Virus record (IMG/VR): IMGVR_UViG_3300025840_000013
Strand: one strand, 5' to 3'
Source: a virus
DNA length: 64,000 nt
Below the pieces are notes generated by a model. That model was not told where the DNA came from, did not search any database, and saw only the letters and a program-made list of their open reading frames with translations. Below, in pieces: positions 1 to 11,300 of this stretch. Numbering within the stretch: the stretch's first letter is position 1; each line of letters begins with the position of its first letter. A program made the translations under genes and the position numbers.

Positions 1-450
1 AACAATGATGGTGTATACGATGCAGTATTATCAAATAATTATGCAGACTACGGTACTGTAAAAGAAAACATAAACATTCTTGATTCCACATTGAAATTGG
101 TTAATGATGAAGTTTTTGGAAGTCTTAAAGATAGAGTTGACAATATTGTAACTGATTTAGAAACCAAAGAAGATAAGTTAATTGTAAGAGGGCCTGGCGC
201 TACTGATGCAGACCCACTTGGTAACTTGAATAGTGGTGTCGGTGATACTACTTCAATTGTTAATGCCATTAATGCACTATATCAACAGGTTCTTCCATTA
301 ATTACCGACCACAACGCTGGTGGATATGTTAAGAAAACTGGCGATACAATGTCTGGAACACTAACAATCGAAGGTGCAGATCTCAAAGTTACTGGAAATC
401 AGTCGCTGAAAATTGAATGTAGTGGTGATATTATTGCATTCCAAGTTTAA
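1..450 (+). CDS. 3' part of a virion fibre/structural protein (begins upstream of the window)
   Basis: Frame 1 is open from base 1 (NNDGVYDAVL...) through the TTG at 91 to TAA at 448-450. It has a coiled-coil-like SIVNAINAL and the tail-fibre motif GYVKKTGDTMSGTL, and ends ...SGDIIAFQV. Confidence 0.6.
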   Translation, partial: NNDGVYDAVLSNNYADYGTVKENINILDSTLKLVNDEVFGSLKDRVDNIVTDLETKEDKLIVRGPGATDADPLGNLNSGVGDTTSIVNAINALYQQVLPLITDHNAGGYVKKTGDTMSGTLTIEGADLKVTGNQSLKIECSGDIIAFQV

Positions 451-478
451 TTAATTAGTAAGAGAAGAGAATTCTAAC

Positions 479-3400
479 ATGGCAATACCAGCAGACGGCA
501 GACTGAAAATGACGCACATTGTTGCGGAGTTTAAACCAGTAAATAACTCCGCACCCCATTCTCTGTCTGAATATTATAGAGGTGGTGGTAATGTTCCAGA
601 TAGATTTAATAATAGAAATATTCCTGTTGGGCCCAGAGGGCGTACAATAAAATATTCTGATTTCCGTGGAACATCTGATGCAACACTTCCTTATAATATT
701 TTAATTCCTACCATATGTGTTGAAGACGCATGGAAATATATGCGCCTTAGAGATGGAACATTTATGACTAGGTGGGATCAGATTAATGATAATAATACCG
801 TCTATTTCACAAGAAATGAAGAACTTGGTTCTGTAAGAATTGATACTCCACAAGATTGGGAATATGTTAAGTTAACTATTCCTGCAATGAGTTTCAAGAT
901 GGGAACTGAAGAAGGATTTGAGCAAGTTGGGTATGAACAACACTGGTCTAACAAAGTAGACAATCAACAAGTCTTTGAGGCTGGTGATTGGAAAATTAGA
1001 ATTCCAAAAGGATACAGAAGACTTAGAATTTTAGCAACTGGTGCCGGTGGTTCTGGTTCTTCACAATATATTCCTGGCCAACCTACTGTAGAAGATTATG
1101 TTCGTGAAGGATTGGTAGGTACGGAAGACCAAGGATTTGCTGGCGAAGACACAACTATTACAATGCCAAATAATCAGAAGATTAAAATTTTTGGTGGTAT
1201 TGGTGGTAAACTTTCAAATGCAACAGGAGAGTCTACAACAATTCGTGGCGAGACTACTGATACACTTCAAACAGAGACTGGAACAGTAACACTTGCAAGT
1301 GGTTTTTCAGAAACTGATTATGCCGAAGGTAAGTACAATGGTTCATATATTTTAGAAACTAATGACTCAAACTACCAATTTTATTGGCAAAACCAACTTC
1401 TTGCAACATCAAATGATATTTCAGAAGATGTTAGAGATAGTTCTGGTTGGTTGTATACTTCAACTTCTGAAGTTATTGATGAAGATCCTCAAGGTACATT
1501 AAAGTGGTATAAGGTATCTAGAGTTAAAAGTTTAGAAGTCTCTGCAGAAGTTACGGATAGAATATACAATAGTATGTTGGAAAGAAACGCTAATGCAACA
1601 GAGAAATCTAGACATGTAAACTCAGATACTGTGGTGGATGTCATTCGTTATATACAGGGAAGAACTGGATTTGTTGATGTTATCGCTGCAAACCCAGACT
1701 TTGGGCCCAACACATTTTCAACTACAGATGGATTTAAATATTTACTTGCTCAAGCAAGTAGTTTGTCTACAAGTACAACAACGAATATTCCAAATTATTC
1801 TGGCACCGATACTGGTACTATTAATACCAGTGGTAATCTCTATCAACACAAAGTTTATGCAGAAAATGGTACAACTGCCAATAATAATCAAACAACAACT
1901 ACAACTATATCAAATGTGGCAGATAATTTACTTTTGACTTTTGAACATCTTGGCGATACCACTTTTGCATACAATGCGAATTTTCTTTTCCCAATTAGAA
2001 ATGTCCGAGGCACAATCTCTAATGGATTTCCTGCACTGGGAGAATATGTATTTACAGATATCGATGGCCAGAATTACTACAGAGGCGAAATAATTGGTGT
2101 AAGTGATGGCTTCATCGATACCACAAGGGTTGGTTTTGACGAAGACTTCACCGAGGGCCAATCAGGTTTTGCCGAGATAACGTATTCTGCTTGGACTGCA
2201 TCTACACAAACCACTGAAGTAACATCTACTACCGCAAATACTCCTATTGCAGCAAATTCTGCCGCAACAAATTCTGAGTTTGTTGTTTCAAGTAGTGGTA
2301 ATTTTTATTATGAATATAATGCATACTTACAAAATACTACGCAGAGTGTTCGCCCAGAATTAGAAATTTATGTGAACGGTGTTCGTCAAGTTAATTATAC
2401 TGGATCAAGTGCTCCCACTCTAACAGGAAATCAAGGAGAAATTAGACTTGCTTCTGGTAGATTGAATATTACAAATCCAGACTCTACAGTTAAAGTTGTT
2501 ACTGATTTAAAAACGGTGACTACATCTGCAATTCTACCAGAAATTGATGGTGGTGGGTTTAGTACTATTGCACGAAGTGGAACGCACGATTTACCACTTG
2601 GTGCAACTGGCCAACCCGCTGGTAAGGGTATCTTTATTTGGGGTCATAATTTTTTTGCATCTCAGAAATTATACACCGATGTGAATGGAAATGTCAGTGT
2701 TGTTCACCAATCTTCTTCAGACCCCGAATATTGGTTCTTTATGACAACAGAAGAAGATGCAGGGCAATTTTATACTCCAGCATCTTATGGTACAGAACGA
2801 ATATTTGTTGGAGTTCACAACGCTGGAAAATCAGTATATGTTTGGGGTAAAAACTATTTTAGATCATATACCTTTAGTGTTGATAATGATGGTTACTTTT
2901 CTTTCATACATCCATCGTCAAGTGACAGAGAACAATGGTACTATGCGATTGGTAAAAGAGGTGCGAATTTTACAACCCCAGCTGAATCTGGAACTTATAC
3001 ATTAGAACTTGATGCCACTTATGCAGGAATGGAAGTTATAGTTTGGTCTAAAAACTTCTGGGGTATAAACGGACGCTTAACGCCTACTTCTACTAGTCCT
3101 GCTCCAAGACATCTTGTTTTTGACTCTGAGGGTAAGGTTGAATTGTCCCATTGGTCATCTTCAGATGATGAACAGTGGTACTGGTGTGTTACGGATGGTG
3201 GCACTACATCACAACCAGCTGGAGTTGGTGGTGTTTCAATGAATAGTTTCACACTAGAAACTTCACTGGACACAGATACAATCGATAAAATTTATCAAAA
3301 ATATGTTGGAAGAAACTCTAATGTAATTGACAGAGACCTTTTCCGTCAACAAAATTATACAGTATTCCAAGGAATCAATTATGTTGTTGGTACTGCCGAA

Positions 3401-6163
3401 TACGCCGCACAATTTGGATCTACAGTTACGGAACCACCTGTCGTAATACCTGGCCAGGGAACTATACCCACAAAGAGTCAACTGATTAGTGTTACTGGTG
3501 GGGTTGCGACAAATAGAACTTACGCACTATCTACTTTACCAATAAACTCTTTGAAATACACAAGAGATAATTTACAAAGTACTCCATTGTCGTATTATGC
3601 AGACCTTCCATCAAGTGGTGCAAATATTGTAAGTGCATTGGTTGAAAAATTCCCAATTAATACTTACTGGTTCGAATCATCAGGATTAGGAGAATTGCAT
3701 TTCTTTAATAATGATGGTGGAGACGGCGGTTCTTCGTGGCATGGTTCTGGTACAAGAGTTGCACCTGAGTTTCCAACAAATGGAAGTCCATCAGAACCAA
3801 ATCCAGTATATGGATCTGGTGGTGCAGCTGGCCAACATGGTATGAGATATTATAGTAGTACATCGAAAAGTGCTACTATTGGTGGACAGGCAGCTGCAAG
3901 TGGATTCTTTGGTGACTTTATGGTATCGCCCGGCGATATTGTTGATATTAAAGTCGGTAGAGGTGGACAATCAAATCAGACCTCATACTTAGATTTGGTG
4001 CCTGGCAGTCAAACTCAAGAAAGTACATATGAATCTAACTCAGGAGATGGTGGAGATGGTGTAGTTGTCGTATTTGGTTCTAAAGGAAACGATTATACAA
4101 AAATATCAAAGCCTGGCATTGCATTGATTGACGATAGAGGACAAGTTGTTATGTACTCTGTTGCGAATGTATTTTGTGAAGGAAATCAAGAGTTAACTGG
4201 TTCAATTTCTTCAAAAGAAATACTTTTATTCGGACAAGGAAAACAGTATTACTTGGTGCATACTTTCCAATTGCAGAAAAACGGAACACAAAAATACCGT
4301 GTATATTTATGTCAAAATGGAGAACATTACGCAAAAGTAGAAAGAAGTGGCACTGCGCCTGGCCCATTCTTTAGTCCCAGTCCACCAGCTGGATATCTTC
4401 CATCCGTACAAATAACTACAGATCCAGTACAGGCGCCAGATGAATATGTTGTCACTGGTGCAAAGAGAAGTGACATTGATAATGATATTCAAAGTCCAGA
4501 CCCATGGCCGATTAGAAAATGTACGGTTACATTTGAAACTACTCGACAAGCTAGTTATGAAAACACAATGACATTTACTAATATTGGTAGTGGTGGTATT
4601 GGCCCGTCATCAATCGTATTTGGCCCTAATGCTAGTACACAGACATTTACATTGAGTGAAGATGATGTCTATGTTTTACGTTCCTCTGGATTGCAAAGTA
4701 ACAGAGCATCATCAATGACAACAAGAATCATCGATGATGGAAGGTCACACCAAAACACAACTGGTGGTTCAACTTCTGACGGACGGCCGACAGGTGTTCT
4801 TAGAAATAAACAATTTCCAGATTATTTACATTCTGGTAACTGTGATGAAACCCCTACAGGTGGTACATCTGTTTTTGCCGTGCTAAAACAGGAAGGTCAA
4901 CCCACTATGTATTATATTAAATGGGGAACAGATGTGATTAAAGGTGATGGTGTTAGTTTTGGAACTGTTGCCAAAGCTGATAATACTCTTTCTTCATATG
5001 GATTTGTTCCCGCTGTCGAAAATAACCCCTACAGTAACTATTCATGGGATATAAATTGGGAAGGATCGTGGTCTTTTGACAACGACAGTTCAAATACAGA
5101 AAGTATAGATTATAATGGATGGCGCTATCATAGGGATCCAAGCAATCTCATTGCCGCTTGTACTAAGACTGCTGGGGGTAATACAATAACATATCAAATA
5201 TGGGGAATATTCAGAAAAGAACTGCCGGGCGGAGAATCGACAACTGAAAACAACAATAACAGTTGGACTACACTTGAAATGGATGACGGTGTTGATAATG
5301 ACTTCACTGACTTAAGAGTTACACCTTCGCCAATGGGTAACTTTTATGTAGAGGGTGGATTAACTCACTTTAATTGTTTCTTCTTGGGTGATGGAACTGG
5401 AACTGGAACAACTTGGACACGCCCACCGCCTGCAGACACGGGCGGTAACAATGATAATAGTGGCGGCCCTTCTGGACCAAGCACTGCACCTGTAACAGTA
5501 GTTACAGATGGGGATGGGGATCCAGTTGTTGATAGCAATGGGGATCCAGTAACTTCTGGTGGCGGTGGTAATGATGATAATCATAATGAACCAACATTTA
5601 TGTCTCACTATGAACCATCAACTGGAACTGTAACATATTTTGATAGTCCTATGACACATAATGAAATTCAATCCCTAAGGGCGGATCAACCAGATGGTGT
5701 ATTCTCTACTGGAACTGGAGCGCCTGGGGCAATGATTGGCCCAACTAGAGATGACAACATTAGTGATTCTGGTGGTAGTGGTACTTCTGGACAGTCTGAT
5801 AAGATTGTTTGTACGGAGATGTATAGACAGACACAACTAGATGATTGGAAAACTGCAATGAAGATTTGGGGATTGCACACAAAGACTCATTTGACTCAGT
5901 ATCACCAAAGAGGGTATCATTTCTTATTCATGCCTTGGGTTAAAGGAATGAGAAAGAGTGATACCTTAACTAAGTCTGGTGGATGGTTGGCACAAAGAAG
6001 AACGCAACACTTAAAGTATATTTTAAGTAGAGATGGTTATGCAGGACACTTAGGTATTGGTAAAAAAGAGAAAGACGATATTGTGGGAAGAATTTGGTGT
6101 ACTGTGTGGCATCCAATTACTTTTGTAACTGGAAAAATTCTTTCAATATTTAGAGATAAATAG
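479..6163 (+). CDS. 1894-aa mosaic tail-associated adhesin/fibre-tip-like protein
   Basis: N-terminal SLSEYYRGG...I.YSDF.G motif typical of phage fibre-associated proteins, glycine-rich segments, three HxSSSDxExW repeats, and a basic/aromatic C-terminal KIVCTEM domain. Confidence 0.6.
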   Translation: MAIPADGRLKMTHIVAEFKPVNNSAPHSLSEYYRGGGNVPDRFNNRNIPVGPRGRTIKYSDFRGTSDATLPYNILIPTICVEDAWKYMRLRDGTFMTRWDQINDNNTVYFTRNEELGSVRIDTPQDWEYVKLTIPAMSFKMGTEEGFEQVGYEQHWSNKVDNQQVFEAGDWKIRIPKGYRRLRILATGAGGSGSSQYIPGQPTVEDYVREGLVGTEDQGFAGEDTTITMPNNQKIKIFGGIGGKLSNATGESTTIRGETTDTLQTETGTVTLASGFSETDYAEGKYNGSYILETNDSNYQFYWQNQLLATSNDISEDVRDSSGWLYTSTSEVIDEDPQGTLKWYKVSRVKSLEVSAEVTDRIYNSMLERNANATEKSRHVNSDTVVDVIRYIQGRTGFVDVIAANPDFGPNTFSTTDGFKYLLAQASSLSTSTTTNIPNYSGTDTGTINTSGNLYQHKVYAENGTTANNNQTTTTTISNVADNLLLTFEHLGDTTFAYNANFLFPIRNVRGTISNGFPALGEYVFTDIDGQNYYRGEIIGVSDGFIDTTRVGFDEDFTEGQSGFAEITYSAWTASTQTTEVTSTTANTPIAANSAATNSEFVVSSSGNFYYEYNAYLQNTTQSVRPELEIYVNGVRQVNYTGSSAPTLTGNQGEIRLASGRLNITNPDSTVKVVTDLKTVTTSAILPEIDGGGFSTIARSGTHDLPLGATGQPAGKGIFIWGHNFFASQKLYTDVNGNVSVVHQSSSDPEYWFFMTTEEDAGQFYTPASYGTERIFVGVHNAGKSVYVWGKNYFRSYTFSVDNDGYFSFIHPSSSDREQWYYAIGKRGANFTTPAESGTYTLELDATYAGMEVIVWSKNFWGINGRLTPTSTSPAPRHLVFDSEGKVELSHWSSSDDEQWYWCVTDGGTTSQPAGVGGVSMNSFTLETSLDTDTIDKIYQKYVGRNSNVIDRDLFRQQNYTVFQGINYVVGTAEYAAQFGSTVTEPPVVIPGQGTIPTKSQLISVTGGVATNRTYALSTLPINSLKYTRDNLQSTPLSYYADLPSSGANIVSALVEKFPINTYWFESSGLGELHFFNNDGGDGGSSWHGSGTRVAPEFPTNGSPSEPNPVYGSGGAAGQHGMRYYSSTSKSATIGGQAAASGFFGDFMVSPGDIVDIKVGRGGQSNQTSYLDLVPGSQTQESTYESNSGDGGDGVVVVFGSKGNDYTKISKPGIALIDDRGQVVMYSVANVFCEGNQELTGSISSKEILLFGQGKQYYLVHTFQLQKNGTQKYRVYLCQNGEHYAKVERSGTAPGPFFSPSPPAGYLPSVQITTDPVQAPDEYVVTGAKRSDIDNDIQSPDPWPIRKCTVTFETTRQASYENTMTFTNIGSGGIGPSSIVFGPNASTQTFTLSEDDVYVLRSSGLQSNRASSMTTRIIDDGRSHQNTTGGSTSDGRPTGVLRNKQFPDYLHSGNCDETPTGGTSVFAVLKQEGQPTMYYIKWGTDVIKGDGVSFGTVAKADNTLSSYGFVPAVENNPYSNYSWDINWEGSWSFDNDSSNTESIDYNGWRYHRDPSNLIAACTKTAGGNTITYQIWGIFRKELPGGESTTENNNNSWTTLEMDDGVDNDFTDLRVTPSPMGNFYVEGGLTHFNCFFLGDGTGTGTTWTRPPPADTGGNNDNSGGPSGPSTAPVTVVTDGDGDPVVDSNGDPVTSGGGGNDDNHNEPTFMSHYEPSTGTVTYFDSPMTHNEIQSLRADQPDGVFSTGTGAPGAMIGPTRDDNISDSGGSGTSGQSDKIVCTEMYRQTQLDDWKTAMKIWGLHTKTHLTQYHQRGYHFLFMPWVKGMRKSDTLTKSGGWLAQRRTQHLKYILSRDGYAGHLGIGKKEKDDIVGRIWCTVWHPITFVTGKILSIFRDK

Positions 6164-6191
6164 TTGATAAAGTAATGAGAGAAAAAAATTA

Positions 6192-8240
6192 ATGGCACAG
6201 AGAAATATAGACCCAAACTACTTTCCTAATTTTGGAATATCTCGTCAAAGAAATTCATTTACTTCTGTAATTGGTAATGGTGGCGTAAACAGTAATGATG
6301 GTAGTATCAGTGGCGGATTTATGGGCGTTCTTGCTGAAGATTTGGCAAGAGAATGGCCATTATTTGCTGGTGAACCAATCGCTGGAAATGAATTAATTGA
6401 TGAGACTCAAACTCTAGTTACAACTCAAATAACAAAACAGTTCTTTAGTCAGATATCACTAAACCGCCCAACTTCTGCAAATGGTGGGGGTAGTGGTGTA
6501 TATGCTGGGGTTGCAAACTTCAGTGAGGTTGGTGATGGAACCAATCCAGAGCAACATGTTATGATTTTTCAGACCACAAATCAAATTCTGCCTAAGTCTG
6601 GTGCAGTTGCGAGAGGTATTGATCAAAATTATAGAATAAGATTTGAATTCGACCTTAGACCACGTTTGTTTGGTGCCGGTGTTGGTACGAGTGGTGATAA
6701 AGAATTTAATAGTGAATTGTATCAACTAAATCTTAGAATGGCATCGCAGGGAAGGCCAAAATATCAAGAAGGAAATACTGTACTAGAGGCAGAGTATCAG
6801 CCACAATATCATCCAGGCTACAGTTATAATGGGATTTTAAATAGTGGTTGGGAAACTACAGTCGGTATTCCAAATCCTATGTATGGATGGTTTAAGGTAA
6901 ATGTAGGAACGTCTAATCAAATTAGTACAGATGGTACTATTTCAAGTCCACAACTTACGACTGATGGATTGATTACATTAGAAAATGGTTCAACTGTTGA
7001 TACTTCTATTATAAGAATGCCAGGTGAAATGGTAGACTTGCATTTTGATGATGTAACTATTACTGCAGATGTTGCAAATACAGGGCCATATTTTGTCTTT
7101 GGACAAAACACAGATACTGGTAACTATGGTATTAATCAAGGATATTATTATCCAGTATACTTAGATAAGGCTGCAGCAGATCAGGCAGATATTGACGCTG
7201 GTGGAACAGGTTCTTCTACAGTTCATACTTTTACAGAGTATCCACTTGCAACCTTCTACATTCCAGATACAGGTTCTTCATTTAATCAGGCAGGCGCACC
7301 TTCTGGAACGGATTATAAGAAATATGTTAATAACAGGTCGATTAGATTTAGAAATAAAAGAAAGGGTTATGGTTGGTTTAAAAGATTTCCAAAAATGAAT
7401 GCAGAATTGCAAGGAACCTATCCGTTCTCATATAGGCTTACTATGACAGAAAAGGGTATTGTTCTTTACATGTATGATGATGCTGCTGCAGATCAGGCAG
7501 ACGATTATTCATGGTTCTGTATACAAAGAACATCAAGCAATGAGTCGGGACTTCCAAGAACAGACGAAGCGTCAAAATTCCCTGTTCATTGTATGTATTC
7601 TTGTTCTAGAGAAAGTTTTTATTCTTCTGATGCTGGAATTTACTTTTCCAATCAAGCAGCAAACCTACAGACTGCAGAAGATTTGGTAGACACAGTATTC
7701 GATGAAGCAGGAAATATATACAATTTATCAAATATGGACAATTCAAAAACATTCTATATATTAAGTCCATACGATAGAGAAGACTATCTTGCCGATGAAT
7801 GGCAGGCAAAAAATATTTGGAGATTTGTTGTAAGAGAATTTGATGTATTAAAACCAACTGATGTGCATAAATTTGCAACAAAACATCAGACAGATAGTAA
7901 TGCAGTTATTAATCCATTAGAACAATTGGCCATTACAGATGAAAATAGATTTATCATTACCTTTCCAACTGGACTAACAACACAGAGATATATGTATCCT
8001 AAAGAAGAGATGGATATGATTTGTTTTTCATCTGCAGAAGTAGTAGCAGAATCCAGTAATGTACCAATGACAACATACCTATACAATGGTACTAATGTAG
8101 ACCAAAGAAGATACCAAGGAATGCGTTCAACTATGGCATTTGGAAATGGAATGAGATTACTAGTCTTAGTAAATGGACAATATATTTTTAATAGTGATAT
8201 CAATCTTGACACATATGACCCTGTGGGAACACCTGCATAA
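6192..8240 (+). CDS. Putative virion structural protein, paralog 1 of a four-member family
   Basis: Shares YPFSYRLT, DQADDY.W, PVHC.YS, RFVVRE.DV.KP, NPLEQL and GNGMR motifs with the ORFs at 8317, 12695 and 29276. Confidence 0.6.
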   Translation: MAQRNIDPNYFPNFGISRQRNSFTSVIGNGGVNSNDGSISGGFMGVLAEDLAREWPLFAGEPIAGNELIDETQTLVTTQITKQFFSQISLNRPTSANGGGSGVYAGVANFSEVGDGTNPEQHVMIFQTTNQILPKSGAVARGIDQNYRIRFEFDLRPRLFGAGVGTSGDKEFNSELYQLNLRMASQGRPKYQEGNTVLEAEYQPQYHPGYSYNGILNSGWETTVGIPNPMYGWFKVNVGTSNQISTDGTISSPQLTTDGLITLENGSTVDTSIIRMPGEMVDLHFDDVTITADVANTGPYFVFGQNTDTGNYGINQGYYYPVYLDKAAADQADIDAGGTGSSTVHTFTEYPLATFYIPDTGSSFNQAGAPSGTDYKKYVNNRSIRFRNKRKGYGWFKRFPKMNAELQGTYPFSYRLTMTEKGIVLYMYDDAAADQADDYSWFCIQRTSSNESGLPRTDEASKFPVHCMYSCSRESFYSSDAGIYFSNQAANLQTAEDLVDTVFDEAGNIYNLSNMDNSKTFYILSPYDREDYLADEWQAKNIWRFVVREFDVLKPTDVHKFATKHQTDSNAVINPLEQLAITDENRFIITFPTGLTTQRYMYPKEEMDMICFSSAEVVAESSNVPMTTYLYNGTNVDQRRYQGMRSTMAFGNGMRLLVLVNGQYIFNSDINLDTYDPVGTPA

Positions 8241-8282
8241 TGAATATAGTTTGAGAATTTAGTAAAACAACAAAAAAATTTT

Positions 8283-8290
8283 TATAAATA
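8283..8290 (+). promoter_or_regulatory. T4-type late promoter (gp55 sigma) TATAAATA
   Basis: Exact TATAAATA in an intergenic gap, followed by an AAGGAG SD and the ATG at 8317. Confidence 0.8.
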
Positions 8291-8316
8291 TAAAGAAAAA
8301 TACAAAGGAGATATGA

Positions 8317-11300
8317 ATGTCTATTGCCAGTGGATATAGCATACAAAGAAATGACATTATCGATGTCCCTCACCGCAGTCAAGTTGAAACACACAATGCA
8401 CTGAGTGGGTCTAATATTTATTTTTTAAGATCAAGACCTGATGTTTCTGATAAGGATTGGGAATGGGATATTAGAATTGGAGAAACACGTTTTTACCTTA
8501 ACAGAGGTTTAGGTAATAACTCTATGGTGTCTGGGGTAACTGCAACTGATGCAGAATTATATAAAGATAGAGTTTATGTAGAGGGTAGTACTTCTGCAGG
8601 ACAAGGTTCGATTAGATACGATTCGGCGTTGGGAGAGTTTGGTGGAATTGTTTTTGCAGAAGAGGTTAGACCTATTTCTGGTGAAATAATTGAAATCAAG
8701 TATATCGAACATGTTACACATTTCACAGGAAGTGATGGTGGACTTTTATTCCAACTGGCACACGATTTAACAGTTCATCCATTTGAATTCCCAGAAATCT
8801 TTAATTTAAATTTAAGTAGAGATGTAACTTTTGATACTGATGCAGATGGTACTCCTGGCAATGAAATTACCAGCGATTTTACCACAAGTGAAATCCTTAA
8901 TGAAATTGACACAGGAACTGGAAATCTTACTGCGTATCAACAGGTATTACCAGTTCAGTATAACAGAGATTATTCCGAAGATGGTACGCCAGCAGATCAA
9001 TTAGTTGCTGGTAAACTTTGGAAAGTTGTGAGAGAACATAAAGTAGTTACAGAATTAAACTTAGGTTCGGGTGGTGCAACACCGTTTGCAAGTATTGACC
9101 CTTCTGATTCAAATACATGGCCAAGTATCATCGGAGATTTCCCACTTACAATTTCTGATCTTGGTTCTGGTGAATTTAGAGTTTCTTTGAATGGAAGAGT
9201 TTTACCGTCTGAAGATTGGATTGCGACTTCTAATAATGTTTCAAGGTCAACTCTATTTAAATTTAAAAGAACAGAGGTAATGCCTTGGGTCTCAGACCTA
9301 AGTCAATGCGTGTTTACTATATCTTACCATTGGGGTAAGACAATTGATGTTCCGTATGGTGCATTAGTGGGGCCTGGCGGACTGGGCCCCCAGCAAGAGA
9401 CACTTTCTGGTGGTGCAAATGATTATTCATGGCCAAAAAACAATGCAGTTGATACTGATTACTGGGCGTACTCAAAGGCAACAACATCAGATGGACAACC
9501 AACAGGTACTGCAGTAAATGGTTTCGTTGCATTTTTCTACGACCAAACAACTGATACTCCAAATATTGCAGCTGCGATTACTGCATCTGGACAGAAAGAC
9601 GAGTTGGCAACCACAGAGGAAGGCACATCTTGGATGCTTACATTCCAAGAAAATGATAACTTCCAAAGACCATTCGATTTGATTTATCCTACTCCAGTTA
9701 GTAACGATAAAGAAGATGTTAAAGATGCATTGAGAAGAATTACAAATGGATTCTTAGTTGAGTCCAACAAAGGTGTCGATTTATTATCAGACACTAACTT
9801 GAGTTTTGCATCAAGTCTTTCTCCTTCTGCCGTAAGAAAACCACAGAAGTGGAGAATGAGATTTGAGTGGAACGATGATGAAAGATATTTAAAAGTAAAT
9901 GTTGCAACTTCTTATCAGCTGAAAGATGATTTTACTATTTCACAACCACAAGGCCGTGACGGGATTAAGAATCCTGTTTACAGAGAGCCCGGCGAGTTGT
10001 GTGATGTGTATAGTTCACCAATGATTGGTAGAGGTGCAATCTTACAAATGAGTAAAGCCAAATCACAGTGGTTTAGAAAAACTCAAATAGAAGATTCGCT
10101 TTCAACCTCATATCCAATGTCTTATAGACTTACAGTTACAAATCATGGTTTGGGACTTTTCTTATTTGACCATGCATCAGTGGATCAAGACGATGATTAC
10201 GCATGGTTAGTAGTACAAAGACATGTTGACCAAACAACTGGACAACCAGAGTTTGCTGAAAAGTCTCCAGTACACTGTGTATATTCGCCATGCAAACGTC
10301 CTGTAGATGTTGCAAGTCTAACTCCATATTTTGCATCTCAAGATTTGGATGATTTAAGTAAACCTGGCCCAATCCAAAACTCACTTGGACAAGTTTTCAG
10401 ATCAGAAGCGCCGACTATCTTTGTTAACAGAGATCTTGCGTTATTTAATGGAATTGTTAATGCAATCGACTTTAATCCAATTGGATATGCAACAGGCGGA
10501 ACCACCACAAACACATTAGGACAATTATACTATAACGATATTAGAAGTGACCTTACGAGAGGATTTACTGGAACAGGATATGCAGAAAATCAGAATCTTT
10601 GGTCATTAACTGCTCATAGGTTGCAAATTGATAGAGACATAACAGTTTCTACTGCATTTGCTTCTAGTGGAGTTAGAAATGTAGAAGTCTTGACGCCAGG
10701 GAAGTTTATCGCACAAGAAATTACAGATGCAGAAGGAAATATTACACGAAAAGGTGGTAGAATCGTTGCGTTTAATAAAGAAACTGGTAGATTAATTATC
10801 GCTGGACATGTTGGACTAACCTTCGCACGCCCACCAGCTGCCGAAGGCGCTGACCCTGATGCACCACCATCACCATTGGTACTAAAAGAAGGAACTTCTG
10901 GATCGGGTGATGTATCGATTGATTTCACTGCTGAAACTACTGGTGACTTCGTTGCAATTCCACTAGATGGGCCTACAGGAAATACATTCCAAGAAGAATT
11001 TCAACATGCTGTTTTTGACCTTCAAATTCAAGGTTTTAACTCTCTTCCAAGAAGGAAGGATGTTGCATTTACAACTGGTGCATCACCATCGCCATCGGCG
11101 GTTGAACAGATTAAAACATTTACAGTAACTCCTGCAGTTCCGCCTGCGACAGATCCAACAACAACAACTACAATTGATGGACTGGAACATTATGATCGTT
11201 CTGGAGAGATCCTCACTTCTTCGACTGCAGTACCGGCGCAATATGTCATGGGTTCTAATGCAGGAGTGAGTTTGTCGGAAAATGTTGCATTCCCACAAAA

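Noticed and set aside
1-450. Calling the first partial ORF fibritin (wac)
   Set aside because: No foldon motif, only a fragment is visible, and it lies 60 kb from gp13.
5798-6163. Intein/Hint domain at the KIVCT motif
   Set aside because: No CF/CL..GT block, TxxH or terminal HN; composition suggests helices instead.
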